The notes under the pieces were generated by a model, which worked only from the letters and a program-made list of their open reading frames with translations, searched no databases and was not told the origin of the DNA. The position numbers and the translations under genes were made by a program. This document shows positions 48,492 to 58,179 of a stretch of DNA of 64,000 bases, piece after piece. Origin of the DNA: Escherichia phage ECO07P2; sequence record OP172785. One strand, 5' to 3'. The number at the start of each line of letters is the position of its first letter. Positions within the stretch are counted from its first letter, which is position 1.

Positions 48492-48509
48492 AAAGGGCCG
48501 AAGCCCTTT
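48492..48509 (-). terminator. GC tetraloop hairpin after a-gt
   Basis: aaagggccgaagcccttt overlapping a-gt stop codon, flanked by T runs. Confidence 0.45.
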
Positions 48510-49710
48510 ATTTTGTAATAATGTCAAACTGTTCTTTAAAGCAGAAGCTTGAATCTTGATGCTGATACAAAAATTCATAAGCTTTTTCGCGTTCACGGTC
48601 ATAAAGAGCTCGGTCAGATGACAGTTCTTTAATACGCTCAAATGTTGATTCCATGTCATTTTCATCAAACCAAACGATACCGCTATCATGAGAAATTAAC
48701 GGAGTATTATCAACACGGAATTTTAAATTTTCACCAGTAGATTTCCAAAATACTGGAATTGTTCCGCATGCACCAAGCTCGAGATGAGTGTATTCTAAAG
48801 AACGTTGTAGATATTTTTTATCTAATTTACTCAGCTGATAACCAAATCCGGATTTACTCATACGTTCAAGCATTTCGCTATTTACATAACGGTCGAGAAT
48901 TTGCGTTGGCAAATTAGGAGCAATTTTAATTTGGTCTACCTGATGAAGACGATAATACTCGTATGGAATTCCTTTTTCTTTAATAGGAATGAATGCTGGA
49001 GAACGTTCCAGACCTTCCATAATAGTACTTAGTCCTGCAGGTTTAAGATGTTTTTCATGAAAATCAAACATCTGATAAAAGCCTTTCCATGTAGTAGTAC
49101 GACCAATCCAACGGTTGATATTCATGTTAATTTCAGAAACATCTTTCCAGTAGGTTGATCGAACCTTCGCAATATCCATAGGAGGCTGAAAGTTGTATAC
49201 GGTCGGTGCTTCTTCAATATCATCAAACAGAGAAACTGTTTCTGGATACCATTCTTTCATCAGAACTTTATTAAAGTCACCATTATCAGAATGGCTAAAA
49301 ATAACATCAGCTCGACGAACAGTTTCTTCTAATCCCAAATTTCGGCGTAAAGAAAGAGAAGAATGGTCATGCTGGTAAACTACAACACGAACCGAAGGTT
49401 TAATGTTATCAATAATTTTTTTATAGTTATTAATGGTGTCTTCTTCTACTGAAGTAGCAGGAACTGAATTGATAATTAGAATATCACAATCATTTACCAG
49501 CTTAAGGGTTTTATCGTATTCTTTTGCCAATAAAACCGGAATTGAAAATGATTTATAATCATGCGCGCAATTACGAGTAAATGATTTATCTTTAGCATAA
49601 ACCAAAGTTACTTCATGACCATTTTTAATAAACCAATCACGTTGCTCAAGAGAAAATTTAGTTACGCCACAACCTTCAAGACCTCGAGCCATAAAAATGC
49701 ATACTTTCAT
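48508..49710 (-). CDS. a-gt: alpha-glucosyltransferase (hmC DNA alpha-glucosylation)
   Basis: 400-aa ORF MKVCIFMARGLEGCGVTKFSLEQRDWFIKNGHEVTLVYAKDKSF as T4 alpha-gt. Confidence 0.93.
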   Translation of the reverse strand: MKVCIFMARGLEGCGVTKFSLEQRDWFIKNGHEVTLVYAKDKSFTRNCAHDYKSFSIPVLLAKEYDKTLKLVNDCDILIINSVPATSVEEDTINNYKKIIDNIKPSVRVVVYQHDHSSLSLRRNLGLEETVRRADVIFSHSDNGDFNKVLMKEWYPETVSLFDDIEEAPTVYNFQPPMDIAKVRSTYWKDVSEINMNINRWIGRTTTWKGFYQMFDFHEKHLKPAGLSTIMEGLERSPAFIPIKEKGIPYEYYRLHQVDQIKIAPNLPTQILDRYVNSEMLERMSKSGFGYQLSKLDKKYLQRSLEYTHLELGACGTIPVFWKSTGENLKFRVDNTPLISHDSGIVWFDENDMESTFERIKELSSDRALYDREREKAYEFLYQHQDSSFCFKEQFDIITK

Positions 49711-49776
49711 TTAATATCCTCATTGTTTTGGTTTATTTTACCAAAAATTTATAAAGCAATATAGGAGCCGAAGCTC

Positions 49777-49950
49777 CTATCCGCATAATACACCATACAG
49801 AGGCTCATTAGAGCTTCTAAATTTTATACGTTTATATGTTATAGTTCCTTCTGCTTTAGCTTTATCATGAGACTCTTTAAAGCGCCTCATCATTTCTACT
49901 TTAGAGGAACGAATTTTATTATAATCTATTTCAGAAGTCTGGGTGTTCAT
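49777..49950 (-). CDS. small hypothetical protein (~57 aa)
   Basis: Below track threshold; MNTQTSEIDYNKIRSSKVEMMRRFKESHDKAKAEG; stop lies in hairpin ataggagccgaagctcctat. Confidence 0.4.
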   Translation of the reverse strand: MNTQTSEIDYNKIRSSKVEMMRRFKESHDKAKAEGTITYKRIKFRSSNEPLYGVLCG

Positions 49951-49953
49951 CTT

Positions 49954-50160
49954 TCACAGTTGCCACCATTTTTTGACTTGATAAGAATCAACCAACACTT
50001 TCATATTAGGGTCTGCTCTTACAATAGGAGGATTAACTTCTTTAATTGAACTATCATGGTATTCTTTTTCAGAAATTTTCACACAAAGATGACCGTTCAA
50101 AGATTCAGTAAATCCTGCATTAATTTTAAGACGCTTGAATTTTACGCGTGTAAGCATCAA
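49954..50160 (-). CDS. hypothetical protein (68 aa)
   Basis: Track ORF. Confidence 0.5.
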   Translation of the reverse strand: MMLTRVKFKRLKINAGFTESLNGHLCVKISEKEYHDSSIKEVNPPIVRADPNMKVLVDSYQVKKWWQL

Positions 50161-50443
50161 TCATATCCTCAATCTGCGATCTAGTAGTCTTCCAAAGAAT
50201 ACTAATAAGTTCATCGTTATATGGCTGTTTTAGAATATCCCGACTTTTCTTGATAGCATATTCGTATTGAGCAAAATTATTGTTTTCAGCTGCAATCTGA
50301 GCGTGTTTATAAAGACGGTTCAGTTCGCGTTTGTTTTTAGACAATAACTTATTTGCTTTTCTTTCTGCTTCAAGACGGTTCTTTTCTTCAATAGAAGAAA
50401 TAAGCTTTTCCACTTCATCATTAATTTCGGGTTTATCAGTCAT
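50126..50443 (-). CDS. hypothetical protein (105 aa)
   Basis: Track ORF. Confidence 0.55.
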   Translation of the reverse strand: MTDKPEINDEVEKLISSIEEKNRLEAERKANKLLSKNKRELNRLYKHAQIAAENNNFAQYEYAIKKSRDILKQPYNDELISILWKTTRSQIEDMIDAYTRKIQAS

Positions 50444-50444
50444 A

Positions 50445-50663
50445 TTATTTCTCTAATATAAAATAAAAATCATCATCTGTTAAATGATACCGATAGTTTA
50501 ATTCTACACCATTAGATTTAAAAGCGGTATCATACGGATTTTCTGGATCAATATCAATGTCAAGAGCTAAAACTTCCCTGAGATACATTTTAAGTAAATA
50601 GGGAATAGCTTCAACTTCAGGTATTTCTTCCAAGAATCCGGAGAGGTTAATCGTTAGCCTCAT
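50445..50663 (-). CDS. hypothetical protein (72 aa)
   Basis: Track ORF directly downstream of gene 55. Confidence 0.5.
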
Positions 50664-51204
50664 ATAAAAAATCCAAACTAGGAGAATCGTCTACAACACT
50701 TTTCTTTTCAGCCCCCGGTGTTCTATAGGTTGATTCTTCGTAATGCGTCATTTTATCGTAGATGTCTTGAATAAAAGTTTCATCTACTAACGCAACCATA
50801 TCGTCGTCACGACTGTCATAGACATTGTGAACGAAGTAACTATATTTCTTTGCAACTTCCTTACGTTCTTTTTTAATACGTTGGACGAATGCATTAAAAC
50901 AAGCTTGAGTTATATATGCATGTGGGTTTTTATATTTCGTTTCGTCAAAATTATGAAGCCCCTTAATAGAAGCTTCTATACCATCTGCAATCATTTCTTG
51001 TTTCCAGGATTGGGTGTATCCTGAAAAGTTGAAACGTTTAGATAAGCCTTCTGCAATAAGCATAATGGCTAATCCGATAGTATCATTCTGACGAACTACT
51101 TTATTTGGGTCTTTATTATTTGCTAATTCTGTTTTCCAATCAATAATAGCTTGTAAAAGCTCTTTATTGTTTACGTAATTATATTTAGGCTTAGTTTCTG
51201 ACAT
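50647..51204 (-). CDS. 55: late sigma factor gp55
   Basis: [32 protein letters not shown] (185 aa after trimming GTG-extended track start). Confidence 0.9.
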
Positions 51205-51282
51205 TTTCACCTCTTAGCTCAATTCATAGATCTATTATATCATAATATTTGAAGATCTATCTTAAAGCATAGAGGATATCAG

Positions 51283-51552
51283 TTATCTAAGTAAGCAGTA
51301 TGCTTGGAATACTTTCTCCATCATCTTTTTAAATTCATGAATATCTATGTAATGACTAGTTAAATCAGCATGATATAAAAAGTCTAAAAACTTTTCATGT
51401 GTGCTAACATATTCGCTTTCATTTAATTCAGAAACATGGCTTTCCCAATATCCAACACCAGTCTTATTTGGGAAAAATGAAATTTTCATGTATTGGTCAA
51501 CATAGAAAATTCCATAATTTTCAATAGTAATAGAAATATTAATAAATTTCAT
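51283..51552 (-). CDS. hypothetical protein (89 aa)
   Basis: Track ORF. Confidence 0.5.
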   Translation of the reverse strand: MKFINISITIENYGIFYVDQYMKISFFPNKTGVGYWESHVSELNESEYVSTHEKFLDFLYHADLTSHYIDIHEFKKMMEKVFQAYCLLR

Positions 51553-51764
51553 GCATTCATCAACTTAGCCGCTTCAAGAGCTGCATCTAGTGAATCAAAC
51601 TGGTCAACATATTCAATCAGTTTACCGTAATTGGCATATAACCACCATTGGCTAAATTCATACTCAAGGATGAATCCGTTTCCTTCAATTTGAGTTAAAC
51701 CAATGCCGTTTGTATTTACTTCATATCCGGCAAGACGTAAATCGTTAATAAGAGCTTCGTTCAT
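51549..51764 (-). CDS. hypothetical protein (71 aa)
   Basis: Track ORF. Confidence 0.5.
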   Translation of the reverse strand: MNEALINDLRLAGYEVNTNGIGLTQIEGNGFILEYEFSQWWLYANYGKLIEYVDQFDSLDAALEAAKLMNA

Positions 51765-51766
51765 AA

Positions 51767-52093
51767 TTATGCCTTAGTAATTTTCAGGTCAGCAAATTTT
51801 TTCTTGCGTTGATTTTTCATACGACGAATAGTTTTATCAGAAATTTCATGCTTTTGATAAGCTTTAGATTCTACACCAAAAGCTTTAACATCAAATTCTG
51901 ACAGGATATATTGAACCAACAATTCACGGATAGTATTTCGTCCAATTTTTTGATCATTCTGTTTCATCGTCTGATGAAGCTCTTTTTCCCATTTATCCAA
52001 AATTTGAGGAGTAACAATATCGCCTTTTTCTAGCAGAGAAACTACTTTATCATATGCATAAGAATTGATGGCGTTTTTAATTTGAATAGTCAT
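51767..52093 (-). CDS. hypothetical protein (108 aa)
   Basis: Track ORF. Confidence 0.55.
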   Translation of the reverse strand: MTIQIKNAINSYAYDKVVSLLEKGDIVTPQILDKWEKELHQTMKQNDQKIGRNTIRELLVQYILSEFDVKAFGVESKAYQKHEISDKTIRRMKNQRKKKFADLKITKA

Positions 52094-52132
52094 ACATTAT
52101 CCTCAATTACATTAAAATTTTATTATCCAAAA

Positions 52133-52144
52133 AGGGCCGAAGCC
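52133..52144 (-). terminator. GC tetraloop hairpin (gggccgaagccc)
   Basis: Intergenic, flanked by A/T runs. Confidence 0.4.
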
Positions 52145-52145
52145 C

Positions 52146-52346
52146 TTAGCTAAACTTTTTGGCACCCTTCCAGCCTTCGTACATCATTGCAGCTGATATT
52201 AATATTGCTCCTGCGCATTTTGAATATTTGTGATTCCAAAACCAGTTCAGAAAAACTTCGTCATCAATACCTTGGGCTATCATATTTTCAAAGAACTGAC
52301 GACGAGCTTCGGCAATTCGTTGTGATAATTTAGATTCAGGATTCAT
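52146..52346 (-). CDS. hypothetical protein (66 aa)
   Basis: Track ORF. Confidence 0.5.
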   Translation of the reverse strand: MNPESKLSQRIAEARRQFFENMIAQGIDDEVFLNWFWNHKYSKCAGAILISAAMMYEGWKGAKKFS

Positions 52347-52562
52347 TTAAATTTTCCAGTTACCGTTTTCATCAATGAATTTAATCCAGTCATTTACTGA
52401 CCACTTGGTCGTATCGCCTTTTGGAGCAATATTTAAAGTGTATAATCCTTGTTTAAAAAGCATGCGTTTAATATTCATATTTTCCTCAGCTGTAACGATA
52501 GCACTCGTTTGATTTACGCTTAGCAACTCGTTGAGAAGTATTATAATCAAAATCGTCATCAA
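52347..52562 (-). CDS. small hypothetical protein (start uncertain; likely ~43 aa from MNIKRMLFKQG)
   Basis: Track ORF overlaps next gene; SD GAGGAAAAT precedes internal ATG near 52478. Confidence 0.35.
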   Translation of the reverse strand: MMTILIIILLNELLSVNQTSAIVTAEENMNIKRMLFKQGLYTLNIAPKGDTTKWSVNDWIKFIDENGNWKI

Positions 52563-52779
52563 TGTAAACTGATTTTTTCAACTTTCTTACTTCACTACGT
52601 AATTGACGATTTAACTCATCTTTAACTTCTGAATCAATGCCTTTCATTCTACGCCATTTATCAGAGCGAAAAATGTTTTCAACCATATCTTTATGACTTA
52701 CGCCATCAGGAGCTTTACGCTTTCCGAAATAGTCATAATCACGTACTTTTAAATCTTTACGACGATACGTTTTACCCAT
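52486..52779 (-). CDS. basic hypothetical protein (~97 aa)
   Basis: Trimmed to MGKTYRRKDLKVRDYDYFGKRK after SD AAGGAAATTAAA. Confidence 0.5.
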   Translation of the reverse strand: MGKTYRRKDLKVRDYDYFGKRKAPDGVSHKDMVENIFRSDKWRRMKGIDSEVKDELNRQLRSEVRKLKKSVYIDDDFDYNTSQRVAKRKSNECYRYS

Positions 52780-52954
52780 GGAGTTTAATTTCCTTAGCAA
52801 CTGAACTAAATACAGCACGATCACAAATCATCTGTTTATGTAACTTGAGTATAAGATAATAAACTTCAAAACCGTTTACATAAGTAACACGAACAACATT
52901 ACCATTAATAAAATAATATTGCCCCTTTTTAATTTCTTTATCAACCACAACCAT
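52772..52954 (-). CDS. hypothetical protein (60 aa)
   Basis: Track ORF downstream of promoter 52984-53014. Confidence 0.45.
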   Translation of the reverse strand: MVVVDKEIKKGQYYFINGNVVRVTYVNGFEVYYLILKLHKQMICDRAVFSSVAKEIKLHG

Positions 52955-52983
52955 ATCAAATCCTCAAAGGCAATTCATATGTT

Positions 52984-53014
52984 AATAATACCACAGTTTG
53001 AACTTCTTGTAAAC
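52984..53014 (-). promoter_or_regulatory. early promoter GTTTAC-18-TATTAT
   Basis: Minus strand GTTTACAAGAAGTTCAAACTGTGGTATTAT with upstream A/T tract. Confidence 0.55.
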
Positions 53015-53095
53015 AACTTTGTGAAAATTATTTTAGGGAACGATAAGAAGGGAACGATAGCTTAGAATGGTAATATACAGAATGTGAGAAAGAAA

Positions 53096-53109
53096 GGCCC
53101 AGAGGGCCC
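53096..53109 (-). terminator. GC hairpin ggcccagagggccc
   Basis: Perfect 5-bp stem immediately 3' of glutaredoxin-like gene. Confidence 0.45.
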
Positions 53110-53112
53110 GTC

Positions 53113-53436
53113 TTAGTCTTCTATGATATCTCTATCATATCCAAGTGAAATGAGAGTTTCTTTGAAGTGTTTAATGTTCTTTTGTCTAGAATCATTAATG
53201 AAAATGACTGGATAACGAATGTTAAGAGATGTGAATCCAGCGCGTTTAGCAAGAGATACAATCAATGGACGATCATACTCGATCTTACCATTATTTGTAA
53301 GAACTTTATAGAAAGTAAAAGGAGCATTGAGCTCCTTTAGAAGTTTTGTAACTGATTGACATCCAGGACAACGACCTACTTCATCTGGAATTCCATAGAC
53401 TTCAATCTTATTCTTTAAGTTCGAGTTTTGTTCCAC
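53113..53436 (-). CDS. glutaredoxin-like protein (NrdH-like), start uncertain
   Basis: CPGC redox motif (KIEVYGIPDEVGRCPGCQSV); no ATG just upstream, candidate GTG start ~53436 overlapping upstream gene; track ORF extends to 53565. Confidence 0.5.
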   Translation of the reverse strand: MEQNSNLKNKIEVYGIPDEVGRCPGCQSVTKLLKELNAPFTFYKVLTNNGKIEYDRPLIVSLAKRAGFTSLNIRYPVIFINDSRQKNIKHFKETLISLGYDRDIIED

Positions 53437-53719
53437 GAGAAATAATTCCTTGATAAGCCCAATATGGCGGGTTAACAGAATCCTCACCAGAGTTTTCTTC
53501 AGGAAAATAAACCTGGATAACAAATCCAGATGCATCAAAGGTAAAATAAACCGTAGGCAGTTCACCTAACAATTCGGCACGAGCATTAATTTCTTCGAGA
53601 TCTCGTTCACGTCCAGCCCAAAAACTAGGATTTAGATTACATTCGTAAAAATAATAGTCATTACCGAACATATCAAACCCCTTCCAACTCTCTACCACAT
53701 ACCGCTCAAAACTAATCAT
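53408..53719 (-). CDS. hypothetical protein (103 aa)
   Basis: Track ORF. Confidence 0.55.
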   Translation of the reverse strand: MISFERYVVESWKGFDMFGNDYYFYECNLNPSFWAGRERDLEEINARAELLGELPTVYFTFDASGFVIQVYFPEENSGEDSVNPPYWAYQGIISRGTKLELKE

Positions 53720-53721
53720 AA

Positions 53722-53961
53722 TTAAGCCTTTTTATCAAGAACATCATTCAGTTTGTTAGTAATTTTATCCAGACGCTCATTGAATTCGCTAGAAGATAAG
53801 CCTTTTTCTGGAGAAATTAAGCTAATCACGAAAAATATAGCAATAAAAGGAATAAGGAAAATAGCTCCAACTGCCATAAACAAAAAGAACGTTACAGTTG
53901 TAAGAAAATCAGCTAAACCTTTACGAAATTTATACATATTTACCCTTAATTGATTAACCAA
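53722..53961 (-). CDS. hypothetical membrane protein (79 aa)
   Basis: Central TM segment FLFMAVGAIFLIPFIAIFFVISLI. Confidence 0.5.
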   Translation of the reverse strand: MVNQLRVNMYKFRKGLADFLTTVTFFLFMAVGAIFLIPFIAIFFVISLISPEKGLSSSEFNERLDKITNKLNDVLDKKA

Positions 53962-54051
53962 GCATTGATAAGTACTAAACTATACTGCGAATAAAATTCT
54001 GGACCAAAATGAAAAATCATATCATTTATAGTATCAATAATATAATTCAAT

Positions 54052-54522
54052 TTAATCATGTTTCCACACCCCATCGGTATTTGACCAAAGTCGCTGATTA
54101 TCTGAACCTCGCCACAGCTTTTTGGTCGGAAGATTTTTCTCATACTTCCCATCAATAATAACATCAACATATTTAAGCATTTCTAGTTGTTTAATATCTT
54201 CAAACTTATATCCTGTCCACAACCAAATGCTTTTATTCGGATAAAGATTTTTTACTGTTTGAACAATGCAATGAATAACATCTCGGTTATCAGGATAAAG
54301 AGGGTCACCTCCAGTTATAGTTAATCCTTCTATATAATCATTATTCAAACATTCAATTAATTGTTCCAGTGTTTCACCAGTGAATGGAACGCCATTTCTA
54401 GCATTCCATGTTGATTTATTATAACAACCTTCGCATTTATGCAAACAACCTGTAACGAAAAGAACGACCCTGCAACCAGGGCCATTCACAAAATCACAGG
54501 GATAAAATCTATCGTAATTCAT
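54052..54522 (-). CDS. nrdG: anaerobic ribonucleotide reductase activating protein NrdG (radical SAM)
   Basis: 156-aa ORF with Cys cluster CLHKCEGC typical of NrdG activases. Confidence 0.9.
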   Translation of the reverse strand: MNYDRFYPCDFVNGPGCRVVLFVTGCLHKCEGCYNKSTWNARNGVPFTGETLEQLIECLNNDYIEGLTITGGDPLYPDNRDVIHCIVQTVKNLYPNKSIWLWTGYKFEDIKQLEMLKYVDVIIDGKYEKNLPTKKLWRGSDNQRLWSNTDGVWKHD

Positions 54523-56336
54523 TGGTGTTTAACCCTATGCATAATTTCTTTATTTTTGCCGAGATTAAATCCGCGTTCATTCGGATTTCCCAAATAACCA
54601 CAAGTTCTTCTTATTGTGTTCATCTTTTTAGGATCAGTTTCTCCACAAATAGAACAAACAAATCCGTTTTCAGTAGGAGTCATTTCATGGGTACTTCCAC
54701 ACGTAAAACATTTATCTACTGGCATGTTAACACCAAAATAATCTAAATGTTGTGCAGCATAATCCCATACAGCCTCAAGACCTTTTAGGTTATTTTTCAT
54801 ATCAGGAAGTTCAACATAAGAAATGTGACCACCTGTCGCAATGAAATGATATGGGGCTTCTCGAGAAATCTTTTCAAACGGAGTGATATTTTCTTCTACT
54901 GAAACGTGGAAACTATTAGTGTACCATCCTTTATCAGTAACATCCTTTACACTTCCATATTTCTCGGTATCAAGTTTACAGAAGCGATAACAAAGGTTTT
55001 CAGCAGGTGTAGAATACAAGCTAAAAGCAAAACCAGTTCTTTCAGTCCACTGCTTAAGACGAGCATTCATTTTAGTTAAAATTTCCTGTCCAATATCACG
55101 ACCGACAAGAATATTCAATTCGTGAATACCGATGTATCCTAGGGACACTGAACTTCTACCATTTTTAAATAACTCAATTATGTCATCATCAGGTTTAAGA
55201 CGAACCCCGAATGCACCTTCTTGGTAAAGAATAGGAGCAACAGTCGCTTTAACTCCTTTTAAGGAACTAATTCTACACATCAAAGCTTCAAAACACAAAT
55301 CCATTCGTTCATTGAACAATTCGGCAAATTTCTGTTCATTGAACTGTGTTCCAATATAAGAATCTAACGCAATACGAGGAAGATTCAGTGTTACAACACC
55401 AAGATTATTACGTCCATCAAGAATTTCATTACCAGTCGAATCTTTCCATACGCCCAAGAAACTACGACAACCCATTGGAGAAACAGGAATAGATGAACCT
55501 GTGATAGCTTTATTATTCTTAACTGAAATAATATCAGGATACATTCTTTTACTTGCACACTCTAGAGCAAGCAGCTTAATATCATAGTTCGGATCGTCTT
55601 TATAAAGATTAACACCTTCTTCAACGAACATAACAAGTTTAGGGAAAATAGGAGTTATCCCATCACGACCGAGACCTTTAATACGATTTTTCAGAATTGC
55701 TTTCTGAATCATTCGTTCAGTCCAGTCAGTTCCCGTGCCAAATGTAATTGTTACAAAAGGCGTTTGTCCGTTTGAACTAAAGAGAGTATTTACTTCATAC
55801 TCATAAGCTTGGAATGCATCGTATACGTCTTTTTCTGTTTTAGATTGGGCATAATTCAACGCATCAGTGATTTGCCATTTTTCCGCGTCCTCAATATGTT
55901 TTGCGTAGGTGCGTTTAACATAAGGAGAAAGTACTTTATCTACATTCGCAAAAGTCGTTCCGCCATATTGATGAGAAGCAACCTGCGCAGTAATTTGTGC
56001 CATAATTGCAGTAGCAACACCGATTGATTTAGGAGTTTCAATCTGTGCATTACCGAGCTTAAATCCATTCTCAAGCATTCCTTTTAAATCTACTAAACAG
56101 CAATTAGTAAATGGAAGAGCAGGAGAATAATCAATATCATGGAAATGGATAATTCCGCTTTCATGTGCTTTCATAATAAAAGACGGGACCATATTTTTGG
56201 CAATGTGTTTAGACACAATACCAGCCATAAGGTCCCGTTGAGTTGGAAAAACACGAGAATCTTTATTAGCATTCTCGTTTAAAAGGTCTTTATTAGTTTT
56301 ATGAATTAATCCTTCAATTTCTTTTTCAATTGTCAT
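54519..56336 (-). CDS. nrdD: anaerobic ribonucleoside-triphosphate reductase NrdD (uninterrupted)
   Basis: 605-aa single ORF; C-terminal glycyl-radical motif RTCGYLG and zinc site CFTCG...CSICG. Confidence 0.95.
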   Translation of the reverse strand: MTIEKEIEGLIHKTNKDLLNENANKDSRVFPTQRDLMAGIVSKHIAKNMVPSFIMKAHESGIIHFHDIDYSPALPFTNCCLVDLKGMLENGFKLGNAQIETPKSIGVATAIMAQITAQVASHQYGGTTFANVDKVLSPYVKRTYAKHIEDAEKWQITDALNYAQSKTEKDVYDAFQAYEYEVNTLFSSNGQTPFVTITFGTGTDWTERMIQKAILKNRIKGLGRDGITPIFPKLVMFVEEGVNLYKDDPNYDIKLLALECASKRMYPDIISVKNNKAITGSSIPVSPMGCRSFLGVWKDSTGNEILDGRNNLGVVTLNLPRIALDSYIGTQFNEQKFAELFNERMDLCFEALMCRISSLKGVKATVAPILYQEGAFGVRLKPDDDIIELFKNGRSSVSLGYIGIHELNILVGRDIGQEILTKMNARLKQWTERTGFAFSLYSTPAENLCYRFCKLDTEKYGSVKDVTDKGWYTNSFHVSVEENITPFEKISREAPYHFIATGGHISYVELPDMKNNLKGLEAVWDYAAQHLDYFGVNMPVDKCFTCGSTHEMTPTENGFVCSICGETDPKKMNTIRRTCGYLGNPNERGFNLGKNKEIMHRVKHQ

Positions 56337-56806
56337 TTTAAACTCTTTCTAAGCTGCTTCTTAAATGAAGCTATTAATTGTGTTTTAGTGTCAGATTCAT
56401 TATATTCAAATCCTCTTTGAAGCATCTCAGCCATCATTTCCTCTTTTCCTAAACGAGAAAATTCCTTTGATTTATCTCCAACGAAGTTAGGGTGAATATT
56501 ATTTTGGGTGTAATCGGATTTTAAATAAGTAAGTAAATTTTCTAGCCATTCAAGATAATCAACACCTTGTCCCTTTAAGCCAGAACGATTGAATTTATGC
56601 TTCATTTGACCTTCTGCAGCATTACAGAGATTACATAGCAACCCACGTACCTTTCCTGCTTTTGGTCCATTTAATTCATGGTCATGGTCAAGGTGATTAG
56701 CTTGAACATCAGGATTTAGTTCTCGTTGGCAAATTAAGCATTTACCGTTTTGTGCATTATAAAATTTCTGTTTTTCTTCTTTGTACAATTTGCCAGTCAA
56801 TAACAT
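56333..56806 (-). CDS. 49: endonuclease VII gp49 (Holliday junction resolvase)
   Basis: 157-aa ORF with Cys-rich zinc site CLICQ...HLDHDHELNG...CNLCN as T4 endo VII. Confidence 0.88.
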   Translation of the reverse strand: MLLTGKLYKEEKQKFYNAQNGKCLICQRELNPDVQANHLDHDHELNGPKAGKVRGLLCNLCNAAEGQMKHKFNRSGLKGQGVDYLEWLENLLTYLKSDYTQNNIHPNFVGDKSKEFSRLGKEEMMAEMLQRGFEYNESDTKTQLIASFKKQLRKSLK

Positions 56807-56848
56807 AATAAAACCCTTACCTTGAATAGATAAGGGTATTTATTATTT

Positions 56849-57352
56849 TCATGTATTGTAAAACATTTGATTCAATCGCTTATATTGCCGAATCTTTTGG
56901 TCAGAAAAAGAAATTTGAGTTTCAAGCCATTCAATATATTCTGCTGCAGCTTGCATCAAATTTCCTTCATAGCCATCGTTATTTTCTTGTGCAGCTAATT
57001 TAGCTAATGCATATGAAATACGTTCACCCTGAAAAGCGGCTTTAGGTTTATGAATAGCTTGATCAACTCGTTCTACAACTTCTTCAATTTCGCCATTTTC
57101 TACTGATTCAGTATTCCACAAGCACCAATACGTAATTGGCTTATCATAGATGTTAATAACCTTTCCATCAGAAAGTTCAATTTCAATAATTCCAGTATCA
57201 GGTTCTATATCATCTTCACATTCTTCTGCAAGTTCACGAACTTTAAAGACAGTACCTGCACTAAGTTCCGGCCAGTAATTACACAGCCCTTTATCAGCAC
57301 GATTAATTCTAAACCACTTATCTACTGTAATCATGTCCCATCTCCATATCAA
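56849..57352 (-). CDS. hypothetical protein (167 aa; size similar to T4 Pin)
   Basis: Track ORF; identity with pin not verified. Confidence 0.5.
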   Translation of the reverse strand: MIWRWDMITVDKWFRINRADKGLCNYWPELSAGTVFKVRELAEECEDDIEPDTGIIEIELSDGKVINIYDKPITYWCLWNTESVENGEIEEVVERVDQAIHKPKAAFQGERISYALAKLAAQENNDGYEGNLMQAAAEYIEWLETQISFSDQKIRQYKRLNQMFYNT

Positions 57353-57457
57353 TTATGTCATTTATTGTAGGTTCATTATATACTGTTTCTTCATCAGTGT
57401 AAACCGGTTCTTCCGGCTCTGGCTCTACTGTTTCCCATCTAGCCGCCCACCAAGGTT

Positions 57458-57778
57458 TTATAGCGTAATCCATTCTCGTATTGTCTGAGTTACTACACGT
57501 TCACGGGGCTCGACTAGTTCAACAGTCGGAACTGCATAATACCAGTCAGAATGGTAAGAACCTGAGCGAGATTCATTTACAGACACATGTACGTTATGTT
57601 TTGGACTAAAATAAACGCACTGCCGATATTGGCATTTGCCATCTTGTACCCAATCTTCTATTTCGACAGGTTTAAGATAATCCGAAAAATCGAAATCATA
57701 ATTTTCTGAAAATGCATCATGGTCTTCGATGATTTCACTCAGAACTGCATCAACATCTAATTTATTTTCAATAGTCAT
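57458..57778 (-). CDS. hypothetical protein (106 aa)
   Basis: Track ORF. Confidence 0.5.
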   Translation of the reverse strand: MTIENKLDVDAVLSEIIEDHDAFSENYDFDFSDYLKPVEIEDWVQDGKCQYRQCVYFSPKHNVHVSVNESRSGSYHSDWYYAVPTVELVEPRERVVTQTIREWITL

Positions 57779-57963
57779 TTGTCACCACTTAATTTCGCAA
57801 TTTATTAAGTTCTTCATAATCAATCCAGGATTCTAATCCTGATGGCAAATCAGATTCAATTTCCCAAAGAAGCTCTTCAATTTTCTGAAGACGATCTAAT
57901 TCTTCAGCTGGAATAGTATAACCATTGACGGAGTTCTTGATACACTAATATCGTAAATCATAT

Positions 57964-58179
57964 TTACCCCAGTTTGACCATGCAATCGCCATATTTCCAT
58001 TTAGAAATAGACTTTTCACCGTTAGAATAATAAACTTCGAGTTTAGCGCGGCCATTTTTAATTTGAATAACCTTTGCTGTCATCAAAGTTCCATACCCAT
58101 AATAAACTGCAACCTCATCACCCACATATACCGCGCTTCCGCGGTAGTCATGGATATAATCAGTTCCTTCGAGCATCAT
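57964..58179 (-). CDS. hypothetical protein (71 aa)
   Basis: Track ORF, 4-nt overlap with nrdC. Confidence 0.5.
   Translation of the reverse strand: MMLEGTDYIHDYRGSAVYVGDEVAVYYGYGTLMTAKVIQIKNGRAKLEVYYSNGEKSISKWKYGDCMVKLG

Noticed and set aside
57779-57963. Open frame encoding ...PAEELDRLQKIEELLWEIESDLPSGLESWIDYEELNKLRN
   Set aside because: No ATG/GTG/TTG start in frame after the upstream stop by my reading; may be a real gene with a rare start or a hand-counting error, so not called.
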